Part shown: positions 50,701 through 61,047 of the stretch, one piece after another
How the letters are laid out: each line of letters opens with the position of its first letter
Position numbering within the stretch: the first letter of the stretch is position 1
Assembly (NCBI GenBank): GCA_052143835.1
Contig: JBKQRV010000142.1
Span: forward strand, 8,995 to 72,994
Length of the DNA: 64,000 bases
Source of the DNA: Alphaproteobacteria bacterium
GTDB lineage: Bacteria > Pseudomonadota > Alphaproteobacteria > JACZXZ01
Direction of reading: 5' to 3'
Translations under genes and position numbers: made by a program
Notes under the pieces: model-generated
Database searches by the model: none
What the model saw: only the letters and a program-made list of their open reading frames with translations
Told to the model about the DNA's origin: nothing

Positions 50701-51498
50701 ATGCTGCTCATGCACCAGGGACGCCGCCTTTATTACGACCTCATGGGGCCGGAGAAGGGCCCGGTCGTCTGCTTCACGCATTCGCTATCCTCCGACAGCG
50801 GCATGTGGGCGGAGCAGGTGCCCCTCCTGCTCGGCGCCGGATACCGCGTGCTGCGCCTCGACATGCGCGGGCACGGCGGCAGCGACCCCGTGCCGGGCGA
50901 TTACACCATGGCGGCCCTCGCCGCCGACGTGGCGGCAGCCCTCGAGGCGCTCGCGATCAAGCAGGTGCACTTCATCGGCCTCTCGATCGGCGGCATGATC
51001 GGCCAGGCCTTCGCGATCGCCTACGGCGCCAAGCTCAAGTCGCTCATGCTGTGCGACACGCTTCCCGCGACGCTGCCGGACGCCAAGGTGGGGTGGGCGC
51101 CGCGCATCGCCGCGGTCAAGGGAGCGAACTCGCTCGCCCCGACTGCCGCGGCCACCATGGAACGCTGGTTCACGGATGCCTTCAAGGGGCGCAATCCCGC
51201 GCGCTGGAAGGAGGTCCACGACACCGTCGCGGCCAGCACGCCCGTGGGCTACCTCGGCTGTGCCGCCGCCATCCTCAACTTCGATTTCACCTCGAAGCTG
51301 CCCTCGCTCAAGGTGCCGACACTCGTGGTGTGCGGCGCCGGAGACCCGGGCACGCCGCCGGCCGAGAACAAGCGCATTGCCTCGCTCATCCCCGGGGGGC
51401 GCTACGAGGAGATCGCAGACGCGCGTCACTTCTGCAACGTCGAGCAGCCCGAGGTCTTCAACCGCATCATGATGGGCTGGCTCAAGGCGCAACGGTGA
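50701..51498 (+). CDS. alpha/beta hydrolase (3-oxoadipate enol-lactonase-like)
   Basis: Nucleophile elbow GLSIGG and His in ADARHF; 265 aa from the internal Met. Confidence 0.75.
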   Translation: MLLMHQGRRLYYDLMGPEKGPVVCFTHSLSSDSGMWAEQVPLLLGAGYRVLRLDMRGHGGSDPVPGDYTMAALAADVAAALEALAIKQVHFIGLSIGGMIGQAFAIAYGAKLKSLMLCDTLPATLPDAKVGWAPRIAAVKGANSLAPTAAATMERWFTDAFKGRNPARWKEVHDTVAASTPVGYLGCAAAILNFDFTSKLPSLKVPTLVVCGAGDPGTPPAENKRIASLIPGGRYEEIADARHFCNVEQPEVFNRIMMGWLKAQR

Positions 51499-51582
51499 GC
51501 TGCCCGCAACCCGATGCTTCCTCGTGCTACTTGATCGACGAGCCGCCCTACGGCCGATCGGCGGATCGTGGGGCATAAGCGC

Positions 51583-52860
51583 ATGCCAAGCGATGTCGCA
51601 GCCCGGGCCCTGGCGGTCTTTCCCGCGGGGGTCTCGAACGGTGAGTTCGGCCTGCCCGAGGAGGCCATCGTCGCCATCGCGCGCGGGAACGGTGCCCGGC
51701 TGTGGGACCATGAGGGGCGCGAATATCTCGACTTCTCGATGGGCTGGGGCTCGGCGCTCGTCGGCCACGCCTGCCCGGAGGTCGTCGCAGCCGTCGTTCG
51801 CCAGGCGCCGCTCGGCTCGAATTTCGCCTATCTGAACGGCGAGGTCTTAGCACTCGCGGAAGAGATACGGCGCGTGAGCCCGGCGGCCGAGCGCCTGCGC
51901 TTCTGCGCCTCGGGCACCGAGGCAAACATGTATTGCCAGCGCCTGGCCCGCGCTTTCACGGGGAAGCCGAAGATCCTCAAGTTCGAGGGCGCCTATCACG
52001 GCGCCAACGAGGCCGGCGTCACCAGCCTCTTCCCCAAGGAGATGCTCGAGTTTCCGCGGCCCGAGCACACCAGCGCCGGCACGCCGTCCGTCGATCGCGA
52101 GCTCCTGGTTGCCCCCTACAACGATCTCGAGCACACCTCGGCCATCGTCCAAACCCACCGCGAGGAGCTCGCCGGCGTGATCATGGAGCCCTTGCAGCGT
52201 TGCACCCCGCCGGAGCCAGGCTTTCTCGAAGGCGTGAGACGGCTCACGACGGAGAACGGCGTGCTCCTGATCTTCGACGAGGTCGTCACCGGATTCCGCC
52301 TCGCCTATGGCGGCGCCCAGGAGTACTACGGCGTCGTTCCCGATCTCGTCGCCTACGGCAAGGCGCTCGGCGGCGGTTACCCGATCGGCGCCTTCGGCGG
52401 CCGGCGGGACATCATGGAGCTGGTGAACGAGCATCGCATCGGCACGGACAAGTATGTCTGGATGGCGTCCACGCTCGGCGGCAATCCCATTTCCGCCGCG
52501 GCGGCGAATGCGGCGCTCACGGTGCTGCGCCGACCCGGCACCTACGAGCGGCTGCACGCGCTCGGGCGATCGTTCCGCGACGCGCTGCGCACCGTGCTGC
52601 GCGAGCGCCAAGTCATTGCCCAGGTCATCGGCGACGGCCCGCTTGCACAGGTCGTTTTCACGGACGCGCCGGTCAAGGACTACCGCTCGCTCAACCGCGG
52701 CGACAGGGCGCGCGCGCGCCGGCTGATGCTCGGATTGTTCTCCCGCGGAGTGTTCATCAATCCGATGGGGACGAAGCTCTACCTCTCGCTCGCGCACGAC
52801 GAAGGCATATGCCACGCCTTCTGCGAGCGCTTCAACGACGCGCTCGGCGAGATGCGATAG
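51583..52860 (+). CDS. class III aminotransferase (glutamate-1-semialdehyde aminomutase-like), PLP-dependent
   Basis: DEVVTGFR, and PLP-lysine in AYGKALGGG. Confidence 0.8.
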   Translation: MPSDVAARALAVFPAGVSNGEFGLPEEAIVAIARGNGARLWDHEGREYLDFSMGWGSALVGHACPEVVAAVVRQAPLGSNFAYLNGEVLALAEEIRRVSPAAERLRFCASGTEANMYCQRLARAFTGKPKILKFEGAYHGANEAGVTSLFPKEMLEFPRPEHTSAGTPSVDRELLVAPYNDLEHTSAIVQTHREELAGVIMEPLQRCTPPEPGFLEGVRRLTTENGVLLIFDEVVTGFRLAYGGAQEYYGVVPDLVAYGKALGGGYPIGAFGGRRDIMELVNEHRIGTDKYVWMASTLGGNPISAAAANAALTVLRRPGTYERLHALGRSFRDALRTVLRERQVIAQVIGDGPLAQVVFTDAPVKDYRSLNRGDRARARRLMLGLFSRGVFINPMGTKLYLSLAHDEGICHAFCERFNDALGEMR

Positions 52861-53186
52861 CTGGACCGTCTTTGCGCGAGATCGCGCGCTATCGGCTCGA
52901 AATTCTCCACTGCCCGACATTGCCGAGAAAAACAGCCGGAAGTTGAATAGACGGCGCAAAGATTGGCATCGACAGAATCGATTTGAACGACGGCAATCGC
53001 TCCACCGATAATCGACTGAACGAGAGCAAATCGGGAAATCGAGCCGCCTCGACACATGACGCACCGCAGACCCCAGCTTTTATCGCCCCGCGCTTGGACG
53101 AGCGGGAACGGTGCAAGAGCACCATTGCCTGGCCGCAGCCTTCCATTGAGCCATCATTCCCGTTTCCGCCGATTCCGGGGTCTTGC

Positions 53187-54581
53187 GTGACCGCGGCCTT
53201 GAGAGCAGCCCTCCGGCTCGCGGGCGAAAGCCGCGAGCGGAGCATCGAGGCCCTGCGTGCTTTGGTGAGAATCCCCAGTCCGACGGGCGAGGAAGGCGAG
53301 GCGCAAGCCCACATCCGGCACCTCCTCACTGAGGCCGGTGCAGAGACGATCGCGGCCGAGCCCGACATCGAGGCCCTCTTCGCGCGATTTCCCCTGGTTG
53401 CCCAATATCCGACGCACTGGCAGCACGATCTCATCCTGCCCTACGAGAGACTGCCGAGCTATGCAGCACTCCGCGATAGCGGATTGGAGCCCGTGCTCAA
53501 CTATCGGGGGCGGCCGAACGTGGTCGGCTGCTTCCGCGGAAGCGGCGGCGGGCGCTCGCTCATCTTGAACGGCCATATCGACACGGTCACCGTCGAGCCC
53601 CTCAGCGAATGGACGCGCGAGCCCTACGGGGCCCAGCTCGAGCACGGGCGCATCTATGGCCGCGGCACTTCCGACATGAAGGGCGGCCTCATGGCCAGCC
53701 TCATGGCGCTTGCCTATCTCAAGGCCGCGGGTGCCGAGCTCCGCGGCGACGTGATGCTGCAGAGCGTCGTCAACGAGGAGCATGCCGGCAATGGCACGCT
53801 CGACCTTGTGCGCCGGGGCTTCAGAGCGGACGCGGCGATCGTGCTCGAGCCCACCAATAACAAGGTCGCAGTCAGCCACTATGGCGGGCTATATTGGCAA
53901 GTCACGGTGCCGGGCCGACCGCGCGCACCCGGCGCGCGCTGGGAGGCCGGCACGCAGCAGGGCGTGAGTGCCATCGAGAAGCTGCCCCCCGTCATCGAGG
54001 CTCTGATCGCGCTCGAGCGACAGCATAACGCGCGGCCCGAAGCGGCACTCGAGCCCGGCCAGGCGCCCTTCTCGCTCGTGATCGGCAAGGTCGCGGGCGG
54101 CCATTACGAGACGGTGACGGCGAGCGAGGTGGTGCTGCGCGGCGGCGCCTATTTCTCGCCGCAGGTCGGCGACGTGCACGAGGTCATGGCCGGTTTTCGC
54201 AACTGCGTCGCCGCCGCGGGTGCCAGCGACCCGTTCCTCAAGGACCATCCCGCCCGGCTCGAGTTCCTGCACCACGACGACAGCACGCGGCAGAGCCCGC
54301 AAATACCGATCGCTGCGGCGATGGCCGGGCTCCTCGCCGAGCGCGGCGGCGAGCGCGCGATCCGCCCCGGGCCTTTCGCCTGCGACATGCGCCATCTCGT
54401 CAACCAAGGCGGCATTCCCGCGATCGTTTTCGGTCCGGGAAGCGTCGCCGAGATCCACAAGCCGAACGAGTCGATCGCGGTCGAGGAATATCTCGACTGC
54501 ATCGGCCATCTCATCGAGTTCATTTGGACTTGGTGCAACGGAGAGCCGGAGGGAGTTCCCGCCGGGACCTCAGGGAACTAG
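53187..54581 (+). CDS. M20 family metallopeptidase (ArgE/DapE/acetylornithine deacetylase-like)
   Basis: LVRIPSPTGEEGEA N-terminus, metal ligands in GHIDTV and GTSDMKGG. The GTG start is inferred; the upstream part of the ORF is low-GC and probably noncoding. Confidence 0.65.
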   Translation: MTAALRAALRLAGESRERSIEALRALVRIPSPTGEEGEAQAHIRHLLTEAGAETIAAEPDIEALFARFPLVAQYPTHWQHDLILPYERLPSYAALRDSGLEPVLNYRGRPNVVGCFRGSGGGRSLILNGHIDTVTVEPLSEWTREPYGAQLEHGRIYGRGTSDMKGGLMASLMALAYLKAAGAELRGDVMLQSVVNEEHAGNGTLDLVRRGFRADAAIVLEPTNNKVAVSHYGGLYWQVTVPGRPRAPGARWEAGTQQGVSAIEKLPPVIEALIALERQHNARPEAALEPGQAPFSLVIGKVAGGHYETVTASEVVLRGGAYFSPQVGDVHEVMAGFRNCVAAAGASDPFLKDHPARLEFLHHDDSTRQSPQIPIAAAMAGLLAERGGERAIRPGPFACDMRHLVNQGGIPAIVFGPGSVAEIHKPNESIAVEEYLDCIGHLIEFIWTWCNGEPEGVPAGTSGN

Positions 54582-54657
54582 ACCGGAAATCGTCGGGGGC
54601 GTCCAGCCGTTCCACAAGAGAGCCCGCATCCGGTCGCGCGAACAGGGAGATGAACCA

Positions 54658-56262
54658 ATGCTGCGCATTACGCCGAAAGCTTTGCTCGCCTTCGCCCTGG
54701 CTTGGGCGACCCTCACTCCGGGACTGGGCCACGCCGCCGAAGTGGCGAAGGGCGGCACGCTCACGTATTCCTTCACGCCCGAGCCGACCGCGCTCTCCAC
54801 CATTGCGACGACCGCCGTGCCGACTGCGCTCGCGTCGACCAAAATCTTCGAAAGCCTGCTGACCTATGCCGGACCGGCGCTCGACCCCAAGCCGGGCCTC
54901 GCCGAGTCTTGGAGCATCTCGCCCGATCAACTGAGCTACACCTTCAAGCTCCGGCCCGGCGTGAAATGGCACGACGGCCAGCCCTTCACGAGCGCCGACG
55001 TGAAGTTCAGCATAGAGAAGATCGTCAAGCCCATGCATCCGCGGGGCAATATTTATTTCAAGCACCTCGTCGCGGTCGAGGCGCCCGATGCGCTCACGGC
55101 CGTCTTCAAGCTCGACAAGGCGGTGCCGTTCTTCCTGAAGGCTTTCCAGCCGACCGAGGCGCCGATGTTCCCCGAGCATATACTGGGGAAGACGGATCTC
55201 GCCACCTTCCGGCAGTCGGACTTCATGCGCCAGCCGATCGGCACCGGTCCCTTCATGCTCAAGGAATGGAAGAAGGGCAGCTACCTCATCCTCGAGCGCA
55301 ACCCGAACTATTGGAACCCCGGCCATCCCTATCTCGACCGCATCGTCATGCGCGTCATCCCGGACGACAACGCCAAGGTCGCGGCCCTCGAGAGCGGCGA
55401 GATCGACCTGGCCCCGATGAACACCATCGCGGGCGCCACGCTGCAACTGCTCGCCAAGCGCAAGGACCTCGTTATTTCGCACGACGGCAGCGAGGGCCTC
55501 GGGCCCGTTATGGGTCTCCTCGTGAACCTGCGCGAGAAGCCCTTGAGCGAGCTCAAGGTGCGCGAAGCGATCAGCCTCGGCCTCGATCGCAAGAAGATCG
55601 CGTCGATCATCTTCTACGGTCAGGGCGAGCCGGCGAACAATCCCATCGTGCACGCCAATCCCGTCTATTACGACAAGAGCCTCGCGCCCTACGAGTTCGA
55701 CCCGGCGAAAGCGAACAAGCTTCTGGACGAGGCAGGCTATCCGCGCGGCGCCGACAAGATGCGCTTCAAGATCAGATTGGCCGGTCTGCCTTACGGGTCG
55801 GCCTACGACCGGCTCGCCGAATACGTCAAGCTCGCCCTCGGGAACGTCGGCATCGAGGTAACGCTGGTCAACCAGGACATGGCGAGCTGGCTCAAGCAGG
55901 TATACACCGATTGGGACTACGACCTCGCCAACGCCTTTCTGCATGATTACTCCGATCCCTCGATCGTGTTCGAGCAGGAGTTTACCACCGCGGCGATCAA
56001 GAAAGGCGGCACCTTCAACAACAACATGGATTATCGCAATCCGAAGCTCGACGAGATCCTCGAGCAGGCTTCCGGAGAGAGCGACGTGGCCAAGCGCCAG
56101 AAGCTCTACTTCGAGGCCGAGCGGATCCTGCACCACGACATGCCGGAGATCTTTCTCCTCGACCAGTACTACACGAACGTTTGGAACAAGCGGGTGCATG
56201 GGCTGATCACCAACGGCATTTCCATGTATTCCAGTTGGGACTCGGTGTGGGTCGAGAAGTAG
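54658..56262 (+). CDS. ABC transporter substrate-binding protein, family 5 (peptide/nickel, DppA/OppA-like)
   Basis: Signal peptide followed by an SBP_bac_5 domain; first gene of the ABC operon. Confidence 0.85.
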   Translation: MLRITPKALLAFALAWATLTPGLGHAAEVAKGGTLTYSFTPEPTALSTIATTAVPTALASTKIFESLLTYAGPALDPKPGLAESWSISPDQLSYTFKLRPGVKWHDGQPFTSADVKFSIEKIVKPMHPRGNIYFKHLVAVEAPDALTAVFKLDKAVPFFLKAFQPTEAPMFPEHILGKTDLATFRQSDFMRQPIGTGPFMLKEWKKGSYLILERNPNYWNPGHPYLDRIVMRVIPDDNAKVAALESGEIDLAPMNTIAGATLQLLAKRKDLVISHDGSEGLGPVMGLLVNLREKPLSELKVREAISLGLDRKKIASIIFYGQGEPANNPIVHANPVYYDKSLAPYEFDPAKANKLLDEAGYPRGADKMRFKIRLAGLPYGSAYDRLAEYVKLALGNVGIEVTLVNQDMASWLKQVYTDWDYDLANAFLHDYSDPSIVFEQEFTTAAIKKGGTFNNNMDYRNPKLDEILEQASGESDVAKRQKLYFEAERILHHDMPEIFLLDQYYTNVWNKRVHGLITNGISMYSSWDSVWVEK

Positions 56263-56320
56263 CCTCGCTATCGCGCGACGCGGCGCGCGCGCCGAGGGCC
56301 GACCGGCACGCCCTCGGACC

Positions 56321-57304
56321 ATGACGAGCGCTGCGCTCCTGTCGTTCCTCGTGCGGCGGCTGATCCAGCTCCTGCCCGTGGTGCTGGCGATCGCCGTCCT
56401 CAACTTCGTGCTGGTCCATCTGGCGCCCGGCGACGTGGCGCAGCTGCTCGCCGGCCAGTCGGGACAGGCGAGCGCCGAGTTCGTTCAGCAGCTGCGGCAC
56501 GACTTCGGCCTCGACCGGCCGCTCTACGTGCAGTTCCTGCTCTACATCGGGCGGCTTCTCACCTTCGACCTCGGCTATTCGTACGTCCAGCAGGCCCCGG
56601 TGCTCGGTCTCATCCTCGACCGCCTGCCGGCGACCCTTCTGCTCATGGTCAGCTCGATCGCCCTCGCCATCGCGTTCGGCATATTGCTCGGCGTCACCGC
56701 CGCGCGGCGCTACGGCACGCTGGTGGACAATGTCATCTCCGTGGCCGCACTCGTGGCCTACGCGACGCCGGTCTTCTGGCTCGGCCTCGTCCTCATCGTG
56801 CTCTTCTCGGTCGACCTCGGATGGCTCCCGCCCGACGGCATGACGGATACCAGCCGAAGCGCCAGCGGTCTCGCCTACGCGCTCGACGTGCTGCGCCACC
56901 TTATTCTGCCGGCGGTCAGCCTCGCGCTCTTCTATGTTGCCGTCTATACGCGGCTCATGCGCAGCTCGATGCTCGAGATCCTGGGGCGGGAGTTCATCAC
57001 GGCCGCGCGCGCAAAGGGGCTTGCCGAGCGGACCATCGCCTGGCTGCACGCGGCCCCCAACGCCATCCTTCCCGTCATCACCATTGCAGGCGTCATGTTC
57101 GGCAACATGCTTGGAGGCTCGATCCTGGTCGAGACCGTGTTCGGCTGGCCCGGGCTCGGGCGGCTGATCTTCGATGCGCTCCTGCAGCGCGACCTCAACC
57201 TGCTTCTCGGCATCCTCTTCGTCTCGTCCTTTGTCGTCGTCGTCGCCAACCTTCTGGTCGATCTTGCCTATGGCCTGCTCGACCCGCGGATCGTGCACAA
57301 ATGA
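56321..57304 (+). CDS. ABC transporter permease (DppB-like)
   Basis: Six TM helices and the EAA motif region; 327 aa. Confidence 0.85.
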   Translation: MTSAALLSFLVRRLIQLLPVVLAIAVLNFVLVHLAPGDVAQLLAGQSGQASAEFVQQLRHDFGLDRPLYVQFLLYIGRLLTFDLGYSYVQQAPVLGLILDRLPATLLLMVSSIALAIAFGILLGVTAARRYGTLVDNVISVAALVAYATPVFWLGLVLIVLFSVDLGWLPPDGMTDTSRSASGLAYALDVLRHLILPAVSLALFYVAVYTRLMRSSMLEILGREFITAARAKGLAERTIAWLHAAPNAILPVITIAGVMFGNMLGGSILVETVFGWPGLGRLIFDALLQRDLNLLLGILFVSSFVVVVANLLVDLAYGLLDPRIVHK

Positions 57305-58137
57305 ACGGCATGCGCGCGTTCCTTCGCCGCTACGGGAGGAACCGCGCGGCCCTCGGCGCCGCAGTCGTGCTGGCACTCGTCGTCCTCTCAGCGATCGTGG
57401 GCCCGCTCCTCTACGCGATCGATCCCTTCGACATGGTAGGGCTGCCCTACGCGACACCGTTCGGCGAATTTCCGCTCGGCACCGACGTGTCGGGGCGCGA
57501 CATCCTTGCCGGTATCCTGAACGGCGCGCGCATCTCGCTCCTGATCGGCGTCACGGCGGCATTGACCGCAACCACGATCGGCGTGGCGCTCGGCGCGCTC
57601 GCCGGCTATTACGGCGGGCTCATCGACGATCTTCTGATGCGGACGACCGAATTCTTTCTCACCATTCCCTCTTTCGTGTTCGCGCTGGTCCTGGTGGCGA
57701 TCTTCTCGCCCACCGTGCTGAGCGTCACCGCCGCGATCGCGGTGGTGTCCTGGCCCTCGATGGCGCGTCTGGTGCGCGGCGAGTTCATCGCGCAGCGCGG
57801 GCGGACCTATGTCCAGGCCTGCCGGGCGCTCGGCATGCCGGATTGGGAGATCATCCTGCGCCAGATCCTTCCGAACGCGCTGCCGCCCGTCATCGTCGTC
57901 GGATCGCTCACCGTGGCGACCGCGATCCTCACCGAATCGGGCCTCTCCTTCCTCGGCCTGAGCGACCCGAACGTGGTGACGTGGGGCTACATGGTCGGCG
58001 TCGCGCGCACGGCGCTCTTCGCGGCCCCTTGGATGATCTCGATCCCCGGTCTTGCCATCCTCATCACCGTACTCGCGATCAATCTCGTGGGTGAAGGGCT
58101 GAACGACGCCTTCAACCCCTCGCTCAGGGGCCGATGA
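57301..58137 (+). CDS. ABC transporter permease (DppC-like)
   Basis: 278 aa from MNGMRAFL; overlaps the previous stop by 4 bp. Confidence 0.85.
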   Translation: MNGMRAFLRRYGRNRAALGAAVVLALVVLSAIVGPLLYAIDPFDMVGLPYATPFGEFPLGTDVSGRDILAGILNGARISLLIGVTAALTATTIGVALGALAGYYGGLIDDLLMRTTEFFLTIPSFVFALVLVAIFSPTVLSVTAAIAVVSWPSMARLVRGEFIAQRGRTYVQACRALGMPDWEIILRQILPNALPPVIVVGSLTVATAILTESGLSFLGLSDPNVVTWGYMVGVARTALFAAPWMISIPGLAILITVLAINLVGEGLNDAFNPSLRGR

Positions 58138-59111
58138 GCGCGCTCCTCGACATCCGCGGCCTCAGCGTCGAATTTCGCACCTCGGCCGGCGTGCTGCGCG
58201 CGACCGAGGAGCTCTCCTTCACCGTCGGGCGGGGCGAGACGGTAGCGCTCGTCGGCGAGTCCGGCTCGGGCAAGACCACGGCGGCACTCTCGATCCTGCG
58301 CCTCATACCCGACCCGCCCGGCCGGATCACCGGCGGCGAGATTCGCTTCGGCGGACGCGACCTGGCGGCGCTGCCGGAGCGCGAGCTCAGCGAGGTGCGC
58401 GGCCGGGACATCGCCATGGTGTTCCAGGATCCGCTCGCGGCCCTCAATCCGATCCAGACGATCGGGGACCAGATGACCGAGATGCTGCGTCGGCATCGGA
58501 AGGTTGCGCGGGAGGAGGCGAAAGAGCGCGCGATCGAGATGCTGCGCCTCGTCGGCATGCCGAGCCCCGAGCGCCTCTTTGGCCGATATCCGCACAGCCT
58601 CTCGGGCGGCATGCGCCAGCGCGTGGTCATCGGCATCGCGCTGATGTGCCATCCCCAGCTCCTCGTCGCCGACGAGCCTACCAGCGCGCTCGACGTCACG
58701 GTCCAGGCGCAGGTGCTGGCCCTCCTGCTCGAGCTCAAGCGCCGCCTCGGCATGGCGGTGCTGCTCATCACGCACGACCTCGGCGTGGTGGCCGAGGTAG
58801 CCGACCAGGTCGTGGTCATGTATGCCGGGCGCAAGGTCGAGGAAGGCGAGGTCAACGACATCTTCGCCCGGCCGCGCCATCCCTACACCGCAGCCCTCCT
58901 CGACGCAGCACGGCTCGAGCTTTCGCGCGACGGCTATCTCCCCGAAATTCCGGAGTCCGCACCCGCACATCCGGGCCAGGCGGCCGGCTGCAGCTTCGCG
59001 CCGCGCTGCGCCCATGCGATCGAGCGCTGCCGCAGCGAGACGCCGCGGCTCGAGGACGTGGCTCCCGGCCGCCCCGTGGCATGCTTCCGCGCGGCCGAGA
59101 TGCTCAAATGA
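58134..59111 (+). CDS. ABC transporter ATP-binding protein (DppD-like)
   Basis: Walker A GESGSGKT and signature LSGGMRQR, plus a C-terminal oligopeptide-transporter extension. Confidence 0.9.
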   Translation: MSALLDIRGLSVEFRTSAGVLRATEELSFTVGRGETVALVGESGSGKTTAALSILRLIPDPPGRITGGEIRFGGRDLAALPERELSEVRGRDIAMVFQDPLAALNPIQTIGDQMTEMLRRHRKVAREEAKERAIEMLRLVGMPSPERLFGRYPHSLSGGMRQRVVIGIALMCHPQLLVADEPTSALDVTVQAQVLALLLELKRRLGMAVLLITHDLGVVAEVADQVVVMYAGRKVEEGEVNDIFARPRHPYTAALLDAARLELSRDGYLPEIPESAPAHPGQAAGCSFAPRCAHAIERCRSETPRLEDVAPGRPVACFRAAEMLK

Positions 59112-60115
59112 GCGCTCCCCTCCTCGAAGTGCGCGAGCTCGTCAAGCGCTACCCCCTTGGCGGCGGGCTTTTCGGCAGTCCGCAGGTGGTGCATGCGCTC
59201 GAGGGCGTCTCCTTGGCGCTCCGCGCGGGCGAGACGCTCGCGGTGGTCGGCGAATCGGGTTGCGGCAAATCGACCCTTGCGCGCTGCGTGCTCCGTCTCG
59301 AGGCGCCGACGAGCGGGTCCATACTGGTGGCGGGGCGCGATATCGTGCGCGCCAAGGGCCGCGAGCTGCGCCGGCTACGCAAGCGCGTGCAGATCGTCTT
59401 TCAGGATCCGTATTCGAGCCTCAATCCGCGGCGAACGGTGTTCCAAGCGGTCGCGGATGCCCTGCGTCTGCACGACATCTGCAAACGGAAAGAGCGCCGC
59501 GCACGCGTCGAGCGGCTGCTCAACCGGGTCGGCCTCGGCGCCGATCACATGGATCGGCTGCCGCACGAGCTCTCCGGCGGACAGCGCCAGCGCGTGGCCG
59601 TCGCGCGCGCGCTTGCGGTCGAGCCCGAGGTGCTCGTCTGCGACGAGCCCGTCTCGGCACTCGACGTCTCGGTCCAGGCACAGGTAATCAACCTGCTCAA
59701 GCGCCTGCAGCGCGAGCTCGGCATCTCCTATCTCTTCATCTCGCATAACCTCGGCCTGGTGCTGCAGATCGCCGATCGGGTGGCGGTGATGTATCTGGGC
59801 CGCGTCGTCGAGCTTGCGGAGACGCGCGCATTGCGCGCTCGCGCCCTCCACCCCTATAGCGAGGCCCTGCTCTCCGCGGTGCCGGTGGCGGACCCTCAAG
59901 CGACGCGCCGCAAGCGCCACCTCGTTCTCGCAGGCGAGATCCCGAGTGCGACGGAAATGCCTGCCGGCTGCGCCTTCGCCTCGCGCTGTCCGTACCGGCA
60001 GGAGATCTGTACGGCCGAAGCCCCGGCGCTCCGCCTGGTCGAAGAGCGCCTCGTTCGCTGCCACTTCGCCGGCGAATGGCCGGCGCCGGCCGCGGCCGTT
60101 GCTCCGGGCTTGTGA
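59108..60115 (+). CDS. ABC transporter ATP-binding protein (DppF-like)
   Basis: Walker A GESGCGKST and signature LSGGQRQR; overlaps the previous stop by 4 bp. Confidence 0.9.
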   Translation: MSAPLLEVRELVKRYPLGGGLFGSPQVVHALEGVSLALRAGETLAVVGESGCGKSTLARCVLRLEAPTSGSILVAGRDIVRAKGRELRRLRKRVQIVFQDPYSSLNPRRTVFQAVADALRLHDICKRKERRARVERLLNRVGLGADHMDRLPHELSGGQRQRVAVARALAVEPEVLVCDEPVSALDVSVQAQVINLLKRLQRELGISYLFISHNLGLVLQIADRVAVMYLGRVVELAETRALRARALHPYSEALLSAVPVADPQATRRKRHLVLAGEIPSATEMPAGCAFASRCPYRQEICTAEAPALRLVEERLVRCHFAGEWPAPAAAVAPGL

Positions 60116-60154
60116 GCGCCCGCCGGGCCGGCGAGCCGCCGATCCGTCGAAAGT

Positions 60155-60469
60155 TCACCGCGTGATCGTCACCCGTAGTTGACGGCCGGTCTGCCTTTGT
60201 AGGTAGCTGATCACGCTGAAGAGGTTCTTCGCCTGCGGATTGCCGCGGGGGCCGAACATGCGGATCAGGCTCTTGGCTTGCGTTCCTGTGGCTTCACCGA
60301 GCCTTTCGAAACCGACAGTTGCCTTGATGTAGTCGCGAAGGATCGCTTTGCCCGTCTCGACATCTCCGGAAAGTAGCGTCTCCACACCGTCGCGCAGCAG
60401 CGCCTCGGCAAACGCCGGGTCGTCTGCCACATGCTTTTGCACCAGCTCCTTGAAACTCTTCGTTGCCAT
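60155..60469 (-). CDS. HigA-like addiction-module antidote protein (antitoxin)
   Basis: 104 aa from MATKSFKELVQKH, located immediately downstream of the RelE/ParE-like toxin. Confidence 0.7.
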   Translation of the reverse strand: MATKSFKELVQKHVADDPAFAEALLRDGVETLLSGDVETGKAILRDYIKATVGFERLGEATGTQAKSLIRMFGPRGNPQAKNLFSVISYLQRQTGRQLRVTITR

Positions 60470-60482
60470 CACACGCCTCCGC

Positions 60483-60818
60483 TCAACGCTTGCTGCGTTT
60501 GCCTTGCCTGTAAGCCTTCCAGAATTCCGCAGCGGCACGGATGTCCCGCTGTTGCCGCTTCTTGGTTCCGGCGGTGAGCAGGATCACCAGCACGTCACCA
60601 TCGCGGCCCAAATACACCCGGTAGCCTGGCCCGAAGTCGATCCTGTATTCGAGCACGCCCTGACCGAGGGACTTCATGTTGGAAAGATTGCCCTGCCCGA
60701 TGCGGGCAATCGCGGTCGCTACACTGGCTCGGGCCACGGGACCGAGGGAGGCAAACCAGTCGGCAAACGGGCTGTCTCCGGTCTCGGTCACGTAGTAACG
60801 CACTTCGAGCATGAACAT
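60483..60818 (-). CDS. RelE/ParE-superfamily addiction-module killer protein (HigB-like toxin)
   Basis: About 110 aa (FMLEVRYYVTETGDSPFADWFASL ... GYRVYLGRDGDVLVILLTAGTKKRQQRDI). Start is at 60818 or 60812. Confidence 0.7.
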   Translation of the reverse strand: MFMLEVRYYVTETGDSPFADWFASLGPVARASVATAIARIGQGNLSNMKSLGQGVLEYRIDFGPGYRVYLGRDGDVLVILLTAGTKKRQQRDIRAAAEFWKAYRQGKRSKR

Positions 60819-60820
60819 GG

Positions 60821-60836
60821 GTAACACATATGTTAC
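60821..60836. promoter_or_regulatory. near-perfect 16-bp palindrome GTAACAcataTGTTAC abutting the toxin start (candidate TA autoregulatory operator)
   Basis: Inverted hexamers GTAACA/TGTTAC at 60821-60836, immediately 5' of the toxin ATG on the minus strand. Confidence 0.45.
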
Positions 60837-61047
60837 TCTGCTGTCAAAGGCCAAATGGCGTCGCCGCCGCGGGTTTTCAGCCTGGGTGGCACTGGGATTC
60901 TTCCCTGGGGGCCGCTTGACACGATACCCGCGGCGTCACCGTCCTCGGGCGACTGCCATCTGCCGGCTGACCTCTGGGACTATGTCGTTGAGTCCATCTC
61001 TTAGGTACGTTCCGTTACCCATGTCTCCGGGCCGGACAATGAAATAA

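Noticed and set aside
54520-56403. 627-aa minus-strand ORF
   Set aside because: It is antisense to the ABC substrate-binding protein gene and has no motifs.
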